Below are positions 29,290 to 39,599 of a stretch of 64,000 nt of DNA, piece by piece. The first letter of the stretch is position 1; every line of letters begins with the position of its first letter. The stretch spans positions 25,901-89,900 of the forward strand of contig JAUWQV010000001.1 in the NCBI GenBank assembly GCA_030610945.1, in the 5' to 3' direction. The translations under genes and the position numbers were made by a program. The notes under the pieces were generated by a model, which was not told the origin of the DNA, did not search any database, and was given only the letters and a program-made list of their open reading frames with translations. The stretch comes from Methanocellales archaeon (GTDB taxonomy: Archaea; Halobacteriota; UBA148; JAUWXC01).

Positions 29290-32200
29290 TTGTATATTAA
29301 AGAGATTGAACTCCAAAATTTCAAATCCTTCAAACACAAGACGAGAATTCCATTTTTCAACGACTTCACGACCATCTCCGGACCTAACGGCTCGGGGAAA
29401 TCGAATATCATCGACGCCATCCTTTTTGTTCTGGGTCTGTCCACCTCGAGACTAATGAGAGCCGAGAAACTTACAGACCTTATTTATAATGCCAATGGGA
29501 GGAATAATCCCAATTTCGCTGAGGTAACGATACGATTTGACAACACCGACAGGGAAGTGCCATTAGATAGAGACGAGATAACGGTCACCAGAAAGGTCCA
29601 AAGGACAAATGATGGTGGATACTACAGTTATTACTACCTTAACAACAGGGCATGCAACCTAAGCGATATCCACACATACCTCTCCAAGGCCAGGATTTCG
29701 CCAGATGGGTATAACATCATCATGCAGGGGGATGTCACCTATATCATCGAAATGAGCTCTGTGGAGAGGCGCAAACTCATAGATGAAATAGCAGGCGTAG
29801 CGGAGTTCGATGCAAAGAAGAAGCAATCGCTTAGTGAACTCGAAACCGTTTGGGAACGGATAGAACGGGTCGATATAGTACTCTCCGAGGTTGGCATCAG
29901 ACTGATGCAACTACAAGAGGAGAGAGGGCAGGCACTCAAATACAAGGCGCTGATGGATGAGAATAGGCGTTATGAAGCGTTTACATTGCTTTCAAAACTG
30001 AAGAGTGTGGAAGACGAATTGAAAAAGTCAATGAAAAAATTAGATGGGAGGAATCTAAAAAAGGATGGCCTGGCCAAGGAGCTAACAGAGATTAGAGGCA
30101 GGATATCCACAGTGGATGAAAAACTGCGCGTTTTGAATGAAGAGATTACCCTGAAAGGGGAGGACGAGCAGATAGAGGTTAAAAAAGAGATCGAAGAGAT
30201 AAAGGGCGAGATTGCCAAACATCAACATGCTATTGGATTTTTCAAAACCGAAATTGGCAGCATTGAGGAAGGGCGAAGGAAGGCGCTGATAGAGATTGAT
30301 AAGACCAGGGAGAAGATTGAGAGCCTAACGGCAAAGATTGGAGATGAAGAAGTCAGGAAAGGGGGCATACTGGCAGAGATAAAGGAGAAGGAGGCTCAAT
30401 TAAAGACCGCCCAAGATAAGACTGCCAAAGTGGATGCAAAATTTGCTGACGTGCGGAGCAGGCTTACAACGCTCAAAGAGCAGTTAGAAGGAGGGAAAAA
30501 CGAGAGAAGTGAGTTGTTCAGGGCAAAAGATAGATTGCTCGACAGCATTCGACGTAAATCCTCTGAAGAAGGAGACATCAAACGCGAGATAGAAAGGTCC
30601 AAGGAGCAAATAGCCGAGACCGAAGTGATGATGAAGCGGGTTCACAAGGAGCTCAAAGACTTGGAAGAGGAGAGGACAAAAGTCTCAAGCAGTGTAGACG
30701 AACTGGAGAGTAAGAAATCTGCGCTGAAAGGCGAACTGGATAAAATCGAACAAGAACTCTGGAAACGGCAGCAAGAATATGTAAAAATAGAGGCGCGCGT
30801 CAAGGCATCAGAGGAGTTGGGGGGCTACAGCAGGGCTGTAAGCACGATTCTAAATGCAAAAAAGCAGCACGAACTATCAGGCATTTATGGGGTCATTGCT
30901 GAACTGGGCAAGGTCGATGAAAAATGCGCTTCTGCGATAGAAGTTGCAGCTGGCAACAGGATGCAGTGTGTGGTCGTGGATGTTGACGAAGACGCTGCAT
31001 GCGCAATAGAATTTTTGAAGAATAAAAAATGTGGCAGAGTCACATTTTTGCCATTGAATAAGATGAAAACCAGATCATTGCCCAAGTTGACCAAGAAGGA
31101 TGGGGTAATTGATTACGCGATAAATCTCGTTGATTATGATGCCAAATTCGAGCCTGTATTTCAATATGTCTTTGGCGACACGATTGTAGTAGAGAATCTG
31201 GACATAGCAAGAAAATTGATGCCCGGAAGAATGGTGACGCTGGACGGGGAATTAATCGAGAGAAGCGGTGCGATGACAGGGGGCTCCTTGGCAAGGAGAT
31301 TTGCCTTCACCACGGCAGAGAAGAGTCTCAAGAAATTAGCAGAACAGGTCACAGTATACGAGACAAAACGACGCCAATGCCTTGATAAGATAGATGCAAT
31401 CGAGGGAGAGATATCCTCTATCCAGAGAGGCACGCTGGACATCGACACAGAGATTGCCGGGAAGAAACGAAGGTTAGTGGAAGGAGAAGAGTTGATAAAC
31501 ACAAGCAATGAGGTCATCAAAGCCAAGGAAGAAGGGCTCGCGTCCATTATGGGCGAGAGGAAGAAACTGGGAGAAGAGATGAACGCCATGGAAGAGAAAT
31601 GCACGAGCATGGATTCCCAGATCGCTGAGACGGATGAGGAGATTAAAAAACTGGAGAAGTTACTGAAGGATTCAGAGATTCCAGGGCTGATGAAAGAGGC
31701 AGAAGATATCACCACGGAGACGCGCAGGCTGGAGAACAGGATACGTGACATAGACGCAGAAATAGGCACCATAAACGTAGAAAAGAACTTTTCGAGTTCA
31801 AAGATCAATGAACTCAAAGAGAGAACAAAGGAGTTAGAGGAGAAGAAGAAGCAGCTGAGGGAGCAGGTATCAACAGGCGAGGAGGAGATTGTAACCCTTG
31901 AGGGGAAATTGGAGGATAAAAAACAGCGCGAGAAGACGTTGGAGGGCGAGTTAGTCGACCTGCGCGGCAAAAGAAATGTGTTGCTTGAGGAGATGTCCAA
32001 GATAGATGCCGAGAAAAACGATGTACAGAAGCAGCTGGAGAGGATTGACGCACAGATAGAGATGCTAGAGGCAGGCAAAAACGAATTACAAGCTCAATTT
32101 GATGCAATTAAGAAGGAGGTTGATGAGACGGGTGTTGCAAAGGTGGATGAGGTGCCGCCACACGATGTAGTGGTGGAGAAAATTGCCTCGCTCAAGGCAC

Positions 32201-32802
32201 AGATGGCAGAATTAGAGCCAGTGAACATGCGGGCGATTGCGGAGTACGAGGAAGTGGAAACGCGACAGCGCGATTTGCAGAGCAAGAGGGATGTGTTGTT
32301 CAAGGAGCATAATGACATCATTGAGAGAATAGAGCGGTATGAGTCTATGAAAAAGGATGCGTTTATGCAGAGTTTTTGTGCAATCAACGCCCACTTCAAG
32401 GAGATTTTTGCAGACCTATCAGATGGAGAGGGTGAGCTGGTACTGGAAAACTGGGATGACCCCTTTGCAGGTGGACTGACGATTAAAGCCAGGCCCTCAG
32501 GAAAGGCTGTCAGGCGCATGAGTGCTCTGTCCGGTGGAGAGAAGAGTCTGACTGCGCTGGCGTTTCTATTTGCAATTCAGAGGCACAGGCCTGCACCGTT
32601 CTATGCACTGGATGAGATCGATATGTATCTTGACGGCGCAAATGCTGAAAGAGTTGCGAGCATGATTAAAAATATATCCAAGGGTACGCAGTTCATCGTT
32701 GTATCGCTAAGGGAGTCCATGGTGAGAGCGGCGAACAGGACGATCGGCGTAACCATGCAGGAGGAGAACATATCAAGCATTACGGGCGTGGTGTTGAATT
32801 GA
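29290..32802 (+). CDS. smc: Chromosome segregation protein SMC
   Basis: 1170 aa. N-terminal Walker A (GPNGSGKSN), hinge, and C-terminal signature LSGGEKS with D-loop. Apparent TTG start. Confidence 0.9.
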   Translation: MYIKEIELQNFKSFKHKTRIPFFNDFTTISGPNGSGKSNIIDAILFVLGLSTSRLMRAEKLTDLIYNANGRNNPNFAEVTIRFDNTDREVPLDRDEITVTRKVQRTNDGGYYSYYYLNNRACNLSDIHTYLSKARISPDGYNIIMQGDVTYIIEMSSVERRKLIDEIAGVAEFDAKKKQSLSELETVWERIERVDIVLSEVGIRLMQLQEERGQALKYKALMDENRRYEAFTLLSKLKSVEDELKKSMKKLDGRNLKKDGLAKELTEIRGRISTVDEKLRVLNEEITLKGEDEQIEVKKEIEEIKGEIAKHQHAIGFFKTEIGSIEEGRRKALIEIDKTREKIESLTAKIGDEEVRKGGILAEIKEKEAQLKTAQDKTAKVDAKFADVRSRLTTLKEQLEGGKNERSELFRAKDRLLDSIRRKSSEEGDIKREIERSKEQIAETEVMMKRVHKELKDLEEERTKVSSSVDELESKKSALKGELDKIEQELWKRQQEYVKIEARVKASEELGGYSRAVSTILNAKKQHELSGIYGVIAELGKVDEKCASAIEVAAGNRMQCVVVDVDEDAACAIEFLKNKKCGRVTFLPLNKMKTRSLPKLTKKDGVIDYAINLVDYDAKFEPVFQYVFGDTIVVENLDIARKLMPGRMVTLDGELIERSGAMTGGSLARRFAFTTAEKSLKKLAEQVTVYETKRRQCLDKIDAIEGEISSIQRGTLDIDTEIAGKKRRLVEGEELINTSNEVIKAKEEGLASIMGERKKLGEEMNAMEEKCTSMDSQIAETDEEIKKLEKLLKDSEIPGLMKEAEDITTETRRLENRIRDIDAEIGTINVEKNFSSSKINELKERTKELEEKKKQLREQVSTGEEEIVTLEGKLEDKKQREKTLEGELVDLRGKRNVLLEEMSKIDAEKNDVQKQLERIDAQIEMLEAGKNELQAQFDAIKKEVDETGVAKVDEVPPHDVVVEKIASLKAQMAELEPVNMRAIAEYEEVETRQRDLQSKRDVLFKEHNDIIERIERYESMKKDAFMQSFCAINAHFKEIFADLSDGEGELVLENWDDPFAGGLTIKARPSGKAVRRMSALSGGEKSLTALAFLFAIQRHRPAPFYALDEIDMYLDGANAERVASMIKNISKGTQFIVVSLRESMVRAANRTIGVTMQEENISSITGVVLN

Positions 32803-33464
32803 TAGACGAGCCGGTTGAAATCTTGGTAAATTTGGCTAAAGACAGTGAGATTGACCCCTGGAACATTGATATAGTGGATGTTACCGATAAATTCCTCAAA
32901 AAGTTGGAGGAAAGGGAGCAATTAGACCTATGGGTATCTGCCAGAACGCTTCTATACGCCTCGATATTGCTGAGGATGAAGTCCGAAGTACTGGTGGAAG
33001 ATGATGATAAAAGAGACGAATGGGATTTCTTTGGCTTTCAGCCAGAGTGTTTCCAGGATTTCCAGATAGAAACATATCCGCCACTACAACCAAGAGTACG
33101 CCGACAGTCAAAACGACCCGCCACATTGGCAGAGCTGATAGACGAGCTGAAAAAAGCAATAGATGTAAAAGAGAGAAAAGAGATACGGCGCATAAAAGAG
33201 AGAAAAAAGTACAGTCCAAGGGCGGAGGATGTCCTTAGAGTCCTAGAACGAGAGGATATGGAGAATAGGATTCAAACAGTGATGAAAAAATTGAAGGGGA
33301 TATTCAAAAGGCAAAAGAAGGTCGTATTTTCAGAGCTAGTAGAGGAAAGAACTCCTGCAAACATCGTTCAGGCGTACATTCCGCTGTTGTTCCTGGCAAC
33401 CAGGAAGAAGGTAAAGTTAGAACAGAAAGAGTTGTTCGGCGACATATATGTACAACCCAGGTAA
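32799..33464 (+). CDS. scpA: Segregation and condensation protein A (ScpA, kleisin)
   Basis: Coupled to smc. Size and acidic/helical composition are typical of ScpA. Confidence 0.7.
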   Translation: MIDEPVEILVNLAKDSEIDPWNIDIVDVTDKFLKKLEEREQLDLWVSARTLLYASILLRMKSEVLVEDDDKRDEWDFFGFQPECFQDFQIETYPPLQPRVRRQSKRPATLAELIDELKKAIDVKERKEIRRIKERKKYSPRAEDVLRVLEREDMENRIQTVMKKLKGIFKRQKKVVFSELVEERTPANIVQAYIPLLFLATRKKVKLEQKELFGDIYVQPR

Positions 33465-33470
33465 GAGAGC

Positions 33471-33980
33471 ATGAATGATAAAGAGATATTAGAGGCCGCG
33501 CTTTTTGCCGTAGGCCATCCCTTGGATGTGAAGGAGTTGGCAACGCTGGTAGAGAAAACGCCCGAGCATGTGTTAGAGCTGTTAAAATCCCTTGTAGATG
33601 AATACAAAACCAGAGAGACGTCGCTGGAGCTGGTTGAGGAGGGGGGCAAATATGTGATGCAGGTCAAACCAGCATATGCAGAAAAAGTACAGGACATAGC
33701 GCCCAAGGAATTCGAAACGCCCGTGCTAAGGACCTTGGCAGTTGTTGCCTACCATCAGCCGGTCACCCAGGCAGAGGTAGTCAACATCAGGGGAAACAAG
33801 GCATACTCACAGATTGCTGCGCTGGAAGAGAGGGGATTGATTAAAAGCGTGCCCCACAGAAGGACGAAAATGCTGACTACTACCTCAGCCTTCGTAGAGT
33901 ACTTTGGGATAGAGACAAACGACCCGAAAATAATCAGAAAGATGATCGAAAAAGTGGCGAAAGAGCGAGTCTCCACCTGA
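33471..33980 (+). CDS. scpB: Segregation and condensation protein B (ScpB)
   Basis: Two winged-helix repeats. Operon with scpA. Confidence 0.75.
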   Translation: MNDKEILEAALFAVGHPLDVKELATLVEKTPEHVLELLKSLVDEYKTRETSLELVEEGGKYVMQVKPAYAEKVQDIAPKEFETPVLRTLAVVAYHQPVTQAEVVNIRGNKAYSQIAALEERGLIKSVPHRRTKMLTTTSAFVEYFGIETNDPKIIRKMIEKVAKERVST

Positions 33981-34152
33981 TTTTAGGATTACTTTCGCCC
34001 CACTCTTGCTAAATCTCCATATATGCATCAAGAGTAAGGAAGATATTGAAAGTAACCTCCTGGGCGCAACTGCATCCCCTTACACGTTTCTAGGCTGGAT
34101 GCGGTTCCCCTCCCCTCTTTTTTAATCAAAATTCACTGAGATAGTTTTATAA

Positions 34153-34170
34153 GTAATACCATGGTATTAC
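34153..34170. promoter_or_regulatory. Perfect 18-bp palindrome GTAATACCATGGTATTAC, ~17 bp upstream of the antitoxin gene: putative autoregulatory operator
   Basis: The sequence equals its own reverse complement, seen directly. Position is typical of an RHH antitoxin operator. Confidence 0.55.
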
Positions 34171-34186
34171 TTTGAGAGGGTAGCGC

Positions 34187-34420
34187 ATGAAAGTGGTCAC
34201 AGCCAAGGTCCCGGATGAACTGACTAAGATGATGAAAAAGTGCATCAAGGAAAAGGGGTATTCGTCTCAATCCGAGCTCGTGAGAGATGCTATAAGGAGA
34301 ATGCTAGAGCCTGAGCTCAAAGAAGAGATAATAATGGATATCATCGAAGCCAGGGAGCAAATAAAGAGGAGAGAGACTATTTCCTTAGAAGAGCTAGAGA
34401 AGAGCCTGGAAGGACCCTGA
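34187..34420 (+). CDS. Ribbon-helix-helix (CopG-like) antitoxin
   Basis: 77 aa, RHH-like N-terminus. ATGA overlap with the downstream RelE-like toxin. Confidence 0.7.
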   Translation: MKVVTAKVPDELTKMMKKCIKEKGYSSQSELVRDAIRRMLEPELKEEIIMDIIEAREQIKRRETISLEELEKSLEGP

Positions 34421-34695
34421 TGTATGCAATTGAATTCTCCAAGCTCGCTGGAAAGAGGTTTAGCAAACTGGACAAATCGATTAAAAAACGAATCATCGAT
34501 AAACTAAAGGAAATAAGGAAGTCAAATAAATCTCGACGCTTTCTTGAGTCGTTAAAAGGAGTTACAGCCCGAAAGCTCAGAATCGGAGATTATAGACTCA
34601 TTGTAGACGTTGACGATGAGAATAAGGTTATCTATATCCTCACATTGGGGCATAGAAGTGAGATATATAAAGAGCTCCATGAGTTCGAGGAGTGA
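34420..34695 (+). CDS. relE: RelE/ParE-family type II toxin
   Basis: 91 aa with the RelE-like C-terminal motif (...RLRIGDYRLIVDVDDENKVIYILTLGHR). Confidence 0.75.
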   Translation: MYAIEFSKLAGKRFSKLDKSIKKRIIDKLKEIRKSNKSRRFLESLKGVTARKLRIGDYRLIVDVDDENKVIYILTLGHRSEIYKELHEFEE

Positions 34696-34710
34696 TTTAA
34701 AACAGAAAAA

Positions 34711-35373
34711 TTAAAACCTGGACAAACTTGACTGTCCATGCTTTTTTAATGCTACCTGCGCCGTCTTCCAGGAGTGGCGCACAAAAGTTGGTAAAGAGTC
34801 GTGTTCCTTAATCCATTTCTCCAAGAAATGCACTGTCCGGGAGTCTGAGGGATAACCAGAGCCGATCTCCTGCCCGATTCGTTTTTCTAAAGCGCGCACC
34901 GCCTCATCGCGTCTCACCTTTGCCAGGATGGATGCGGCTGAAACTATTGGATACTTGACATCTGCGTTGTGCTCTGAAATTATGTCAACGGGTGCGCCAT
35001 ACTTCTCGCGCACGTTTTGCGCAAATCGCATAGGATTTACATCTGCTGCATCAAGAAATGCCCTGTCTGGCTTTAGGTCTTTGAGAACTTTCGCATGGCT
35101 GATGACCATAATCTCGTTCATCGTCATCTTCTCGCGGAGTGCGTCGATTTGCCCTGCGCTGACTTCGAGGATATGGTATTTTGCGACTTTTCTTATCTCC
35201 TCTGCCAGAAATTCCCGCCTTCGCGGCGAGAGTGCCTTGGAATCTCTGAGGCCCAGTCGCTCTAGGGATGCGATATGCTTCTCAAATACCATCACACCAG
35301 CGACGACCATAGGTCCCACAACAGGACCTTTGCCAGCCTCATCGATGCCTGCAATTTTCATGCTACTCGACAA
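34711..35373 (-). CDS. rnhB: Ribonuclease HII
   Basis: N-terminal GIDEAGKGPVVGPMV catalytic motif. Confidence 0.85.
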   Translation of the reverse strand: MSSSMKIAGIDEAGKGPVVGPMVVAGVMVFEKHIASLERLGLRDSKALSPRRREFLAEEIRKVAKYHILEVSAGQIDALREKMTMNEIMVISHAKVLKDLKPDRAFLDAADVNPMRFAQNVREKYGAPVDIISEHNADVKYPIVSAASILAKVRRDEAVRALEKRIGQEIGSGYPSDSRTVHFLEKWIKEHDSLPTFVRHSWKTAQVALKKHGQSSLSRF

Positions 35374-36046
35374 ATATTTTCTCCAATTTCTTTATGTGCT
35401 CTGCTGTTGTGAGAACTACAACGGAGTCGCCTACCTTTATTATCGTTTTACCCCTTGGGAAAGTGACGTGTTTCCCCCTAAGTATTGCAGTAAGCACGCA
35501 ATCACTTGGAAGTCCCAAGTCTGCTACAGGTTTGCCAACAGCCGAAGAGTTTTCATGTATTGTGAACTCCACCATCTCAATGTCGCCCTCCTTCAATGAC
35601 AAAAGTGTCAGGAGTTCCCCGGATGTAATGGCATTCTTTAAAACTATGGACGCTGCTGTTACAGTACTGACCGCAACATCGATGCCCAAATCCTTGAATA
35701 CTGCCTCATTCTTAGAATCATTGACCCTTGATATCGTCTTGGGAACTTTGAAGTTCTTTTTCGCCATCTGGCAGGATACGAGATTTGTCTTATCCTCCCC
35801 TGTAACAGCGACGAGCGCGTCTGCCTTGGCAGTACCGGCATCCTCTAAATACTTGGCATCAGTCCCATCACCATGGATGACAAGAATGTCGAGCTGTTCA
35901 GCCAGACTCTGACAAACATCTTTATCCGATTCCACCACCGCAACCTTTCTTCCCTCTTGAGATAGTGATTTTGCGAGGAAACTGCCAATTCTCCCTCCAC
36001 CCACGATGACTATGTACATATTCATCCTCTCCGCGATATTATCCAT
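35363..36046 (-). CDS. trkA: Trk potassium uptake system NAD-binding subunit TrkA
   Basis: Rossmann GGGRIG motif plus an RCK C-domain. Confidence 0.8.
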   Translation of the reverse strand: MDNIAERMNMYIVIVGGGRIGSFLAKSLSQEGRKVAVVESDKDVCQSLAEQLDILVIHGDGTDAKYLEDAGTAKADALVAVTGEDKTNLVSCQMAKKNFKVPKTISRVNDSKNEAVFKDLGIDVAVSTVTAASIVLKNAITSGELLTLLSLKEGDIEMVEFTIHENSSAVGKPVADLGLPSDCVLTAILRGKHVTFPRGKTIIKVGDSVVVLTTAEHIKKLEKIFVE

Positions 36047-37512
36047 TCAAATGGGGTTGCAATCGATATTAATACTGCCCATAATTCCAACCTGCCAAGA
36101 ATCATGCCGATGATTTCCATTATCTTGCAGGAAACAGGCATACCCGGTCCAGTTATTCCCGTGGAAAGACCAACCGTTCCCATAGCCGATGCATACTCGA
36201 ACAGAGCACCCATCATAGAATATCCGCTCAGCAAGAAAACAATGACGCCTGCTATATAGAGCAGGATATAGGCAAACACAAAAATCGATATTTCCATGAA
36301 CAGGTCAGGAGTGATGGTTTCTTTCTCACCTGTACACCACGCCGTTCTTCCGATTACAGCACTCTCTGGAAGCAATCTCATCTTTATCTCCCAGAAAATC
36401 GATTTCGCCATGATGCCTACTCTGTATCGTTTTATGCCGCCAGCAGTAGAGCCGGTGCTCCCCCCCATGCACATCAATACCACCAGCGAGAATAGCACCA
36501 GATGCCCAAACTGGCTCATGCTCTGTGGAGACGTGGTCATATACCCCGTGGTCGTCAGAGCGGAAATAACGTTAAACAATGCGTGCCTGAATCCCTGCAA
36601 AGGGGTATGATAAAAACCATAGACCAAACCATAGGTAACGATGGGCAAGAATATGATAATGGATGCGTACACGACCTTGAGCTCAATGTCTTTTATAGCC
36701 TTGCCAAGTTTACCTGACAACAAAAGATAGTGAAATGCAAAGCTCAGGCTGCCTAACAACATAAGAACCATGGTGACCATTTCAATCTCCAGACTTTGAT
36801 AGGCGCCTATACTCCCAGCCCTAGTGGAAAAACCGCCAGTTGATAGTGCACACATCGAGTGATTTATGGAGTCGAATAAAGGCATACCAGCGACATAGAA
36901 TAATCCTATCCCTATGAATAAGTACAAAAGGTAAATCTTGAGAATCATCCTGACGGTATGTCTGATGGCTGGCAGCAACCTCTCCGTCCTCGCCTCTGCC
37001 GAGTAGACGGATGCGACGCCACTTTTCGGGCCTATGAGGGCAGTTAGCATGAGAACGGCAAGTCCAGCCCCTCCAATAAATTGCATGAGACTGCGCCAGA
37101 ACAGAAAGATGTGAGGACATGTTGCCACGCTGACCATTGTCAGACCGGTTGTCGTCCATCCAGAGACGGCTTCAAAAAAACCGTCGATTGGGCTGAGAAT
37201 AAAACCGATGACAAAAGGGGCTGCACCGAACATGCACGCCATAACCCAAAACACCCCAATGAGAATTAATGCTTGAACCCTCCCCAATGGTGCCAGCGCA
37301 GGGTCCACTCTGAAAAATCTCCAAAGTACAAATCCACCAGCCAGAGCCAAGAGTCCTGGGATAACAAAGGAGTAAGCGTAGACGATCTCATTGGGATATG
37401 CTATGATTAAAAGTAAGGGTATAAACAGCATTCCGCCCACACCCATGAGTAAAAATCCAGAATAACTGATTATCAAACGGTTACGCAGCGTTTGCACATC
37501 TACATCATCCAT
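36022..37512 (-). CDS. trkH: Trk potassium uptake membrane subunit TrkH
   Basis: 496 aa polytopic protein with TrkH-like repeated pore-loop architecture. Flanked by two trkA genes. Confidence 0.8.
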   Translation of the reverse strand: MDDVDVQTLRNRLIISYSGFLLMGVGGMLFIPLLLIIAYPNEIVYAYSFVIPGLLALAGGFVLWRFFRVDPALAPLGRVQALILIGVFWVMACMFGAAPFVIGFILSPIDGFFEAVSGWTTTGLTMVSVATCPHIFLFWRSLMQFIGGAGLAVLMLTALIGPKSGVASVYSAEARTERLLPAIRHTVRMILKIYLLYLFIGIGLFYVAGMPLFDSINHSMCALSTGGFSTRAGSIGAYQSLEIEMVTMVLMLLGSLSFAFHYLLLSGKLGKAIKDIELKVVYASIIIFLPIVTYGLVYGFYHTPLQGFRHALFNVISALTTTGYMTTSPQSMSQFGHLVLFSLVVLMCMGGSTGSTAGGIKRYRVGIMAKSIFWEIKMRLLPESAVIGRTAWCTGEKETITPDLFMEISIFVFAYILLYIAGVIVFLLSGYSMMGALFEYASAMGTVGLSTGITGPGMPVSCKIMEIIGMILGRLELWAVLISIATPFEWIISRRG

Positions 37513-37518
37513 TTGACA

Positions 37519-38190
37519 TCAACTCTTGGCCAAGACGTCTTTAACCTTTCCCGATGCGCCAGCCAGATTCGCAACGACTACAATGTCACCCTTCTGGAGC
37601 GTTGTAGTATTATCAGGTATTATCGCTTTTGAACCCCTCACAAGAGCCGCTATAGTGGAGTCCTTTGGTAAGGGGATATCCTTCAGCGCCTTTCCAACAA
37701 CAGGGCCTTTTACCTCTATCTTGTTGATCTCGATGCCGCCCTTATTAACCGTCATGAGTGCAATCAAGCCCGGGTGCATAATGGCGTTCCTGATATGCGC
37801 CACCGCAATTGCAGTGGGGCACACAGTAGCATCGATACCTGCATCCCTGTAAAGGGGTTCTTTCTCTGGATCGTTGACTCTTGCAATAACATTTTGAACC
37901 TTGAACACCTGTTTGGCAATCTGAGAGGCCATTAGATTGGTATTATCATCATCGGTAGCCGCCACGAAAACGTCTGCCTTGCTTCCGCCCGCCTTTGTTA
38001 ACACATCCTGGTCAGTTCCATCTCCCTCGATGGTCAATCCATCAAAAGTAGGACCAAGCTCTTGGAAATGAGATGCATCCTTGTCTACAACAACAACGTC
38101 ATTTCCATTCATCGATAACAACTGAGCCAGACCGCTGCCAACCCTGCCACACCCGATTATTAGCACATACATCATCAATTCACCACACAA
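37519..38190 (-). CDS. trkA: TrkA-family NAD-binding subunit (second copy)
   Basis: GCGRVG Rossmann motif plus an RCK_C domain. Confidence 0.8.
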   Translation of the reverse strand: MCGELMMYVLIIGCGRVGSGLAQLLSMNGNDVVVVDKDASHFQELGPTFDGLTIEGDGTDQDVLTKAGGSKADVFVAATDDDNTNLMASQIAKQVFKVQNVIARVNDPEKEPLYRDAGIDATVCPTAIAVAHIRNAIMHPGLIALMTVNKGGIEINKIEVKGPVVGKALKDIPLPKDSTIAALVRGSKAIIPDNTTTLQKGDIVVVANLAGASGKVKDVLAKS

Positions 38191-38194
38191 ACCA

Positions 38195-39373
38195 TCATAA
38201 TAAGTGCCTCAACTCCCAAAGCATTTTTGGGTTCCTCCTGGTAATCTCTGTGAGCAAGCTAGTTGCGGTCAGCTCGCCGAAATTGACGTCTTTTATAGAG
38301 TGTGCAAGCATGTTCAATTGTTCATCAGGCATCTTGGTGAGGACTTCCTTAGCATGAAGGGATTTGTCGAGACTATCCTCAATGGCGGATTTCCATCGCG
38401 TTTCATACTCGCTCAGCACCTTTGTTGACGTATCACCCTTCGATATCGCCTTCGCAGCCACCTCTCCGGCGATTTGTCCGGTTATCATAGCATTGACGAT
38501 TCCACCCCCTGTGATGGGGTCTGTCATCCTGGCAGCATCGCCCACGAGCATCAGTCCATTTGTTATTGTGCGCTCCAGCGGACCGCTGACGGGCACGCCC
38601 CCAACAATTATTTCGAGTATGTGCCCATCTGAACAACTCTTGTCAACAAATTTTTTAAGGAAGTGAATTGCCTTCGTGCTGCCAACCCTGCTTCCCAAGA
38701 CACCAACACCGACATTTGCCTCATGCTTGCCCTTTGGGAATATCCACGCATAGCCCCCTGGTGCGATTTCATTGCCAACGTAAAAATCACAGTAATCTTG
38801 GTCGAAGTCAATGTCAGCCATCAAAAACTCAGCGCATGTTTCGATGTCCGATAACTTGAGCGTTGTATTAATGCCTGCCCAGCGCCCAACTTTTGACTCC
38901 ACGCCATCTGCACCTATGACGATGTTTGCCCGGACTGTAAAATCATCTCCAAAATGCTCCCCTCTGATACCCCTTACGAAACCGTTCTCTATGATTAAAC
39001 CGGTTGCCCTTGTTTTCACCATCACCTCTGCACCTGCTCTCGCTGCCTGGAGAGCGAGCGCTCTGTCGAAAATCTTGCGCTCAAGCACATAACCCACCTC
39101 TGGCCCGGCTATATCCTCTGACATCTCAATTGCCGTGCCGTCTGGAGAATAGATTCTAGCGCCCTTGACCTCGGCAGATATCCATGAAGGGTCTGACTCT
39201 ATAAACGGCTTTATGCTCTCTTTGCCCACGCCCTCTGCACACCGCACAGGGTTGCCAATCTCCGCTCTTTTCTCGATTAACAGCACATCTAAACCGTGCT
39301 CAGCTGCCGTTTTCGCTGCAATTGAACCTCCTGGTCCAGCGCCCACAACTAGGACATCATATTCATCCTTCAT
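38195..39373 (-). CDS. Geranylgeranyl reductase (digeranylgeranylglycerophospholipid reductase)
   Basis: FAD-binding GAGPGG and archaeal GGR-like sequence. 392 aa. A ferredoxin gene follows immediately downstream. Confidence 0.8.
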   Translation of the reverse strand: MKDEYDVLVVGAGPGGSIAAKTAAEHGLDVLLIEKRAEIGNPVRCAEGVGKESIKPFIESDPSWISAEVKGARIYSPDGTAIEMSEDIAGPEVGYVLERKIFDRALALQAARAGAEVMVKTRATGLIIENGFVRGIRGEHFGDDFTVRANIVIGADGVESKVGRWAGINTTLKLSDIETCAEFLMADIDFDQDYCDFYVGNEIAPGGYAWIFPKGKHEANVGVGVLGSRVGSTKAIHFLKKFVDKSCSDGHILEIIVGGVPVSGPLERTITNGLMLVGDAARMTDPITGGGIVNAMITGQIAGEVAAKAISKGDTSTKVLSEYETRWKSAIEDSLDKSLHAKEVLTKMPDEQLNMLAHSIKDVNFGELTATSLLTEITRRNPKMLWELRHLL

Positions 39374-39548
39374 GCTGAATCTCCAATGCCCCGACAGGAC
39401 AGACTTTCACACATATTCCGCATTCTATGCATTTATCACTGACTTCTACCCATGCATCTACTAAGTCTATTGCATTTTCCGGGCAAACCCCCACACATGC
39501 ACCACAATGGCCGCATTTATGTCTATTTATAACTATCACATATTTCAC
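39363..39548 (-). CDS. 2x[4Fe-4S] ferredoxin (putative GGR electron donor)
   Basis: Two CxxCxxCxxxCP motifs in 61 aa. Overlaps the 3' end of the GGR gene. Confidence 0.8.
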   Translation of the reverse strand: MKYVIVINRHKCGHCGACVGVCPENAIDLVDAWVEVSDKCIECGICVKVCPVGALEIQHEG

Positions 39549-39599
39549 CTGAATAATGATTATATCTACTAATGCTAAGCACTAAAATCTTTTTGAGCC

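Noticed and set aside
29659-32519. Numerous minus-strand ORFs (60-305 aa) inside smc
   Set aside because: Low-complexity, Ser-rich translations antisense to the Glu/Lys-rich SMC coiled coil. This is a typical shadow-ORF artefact.
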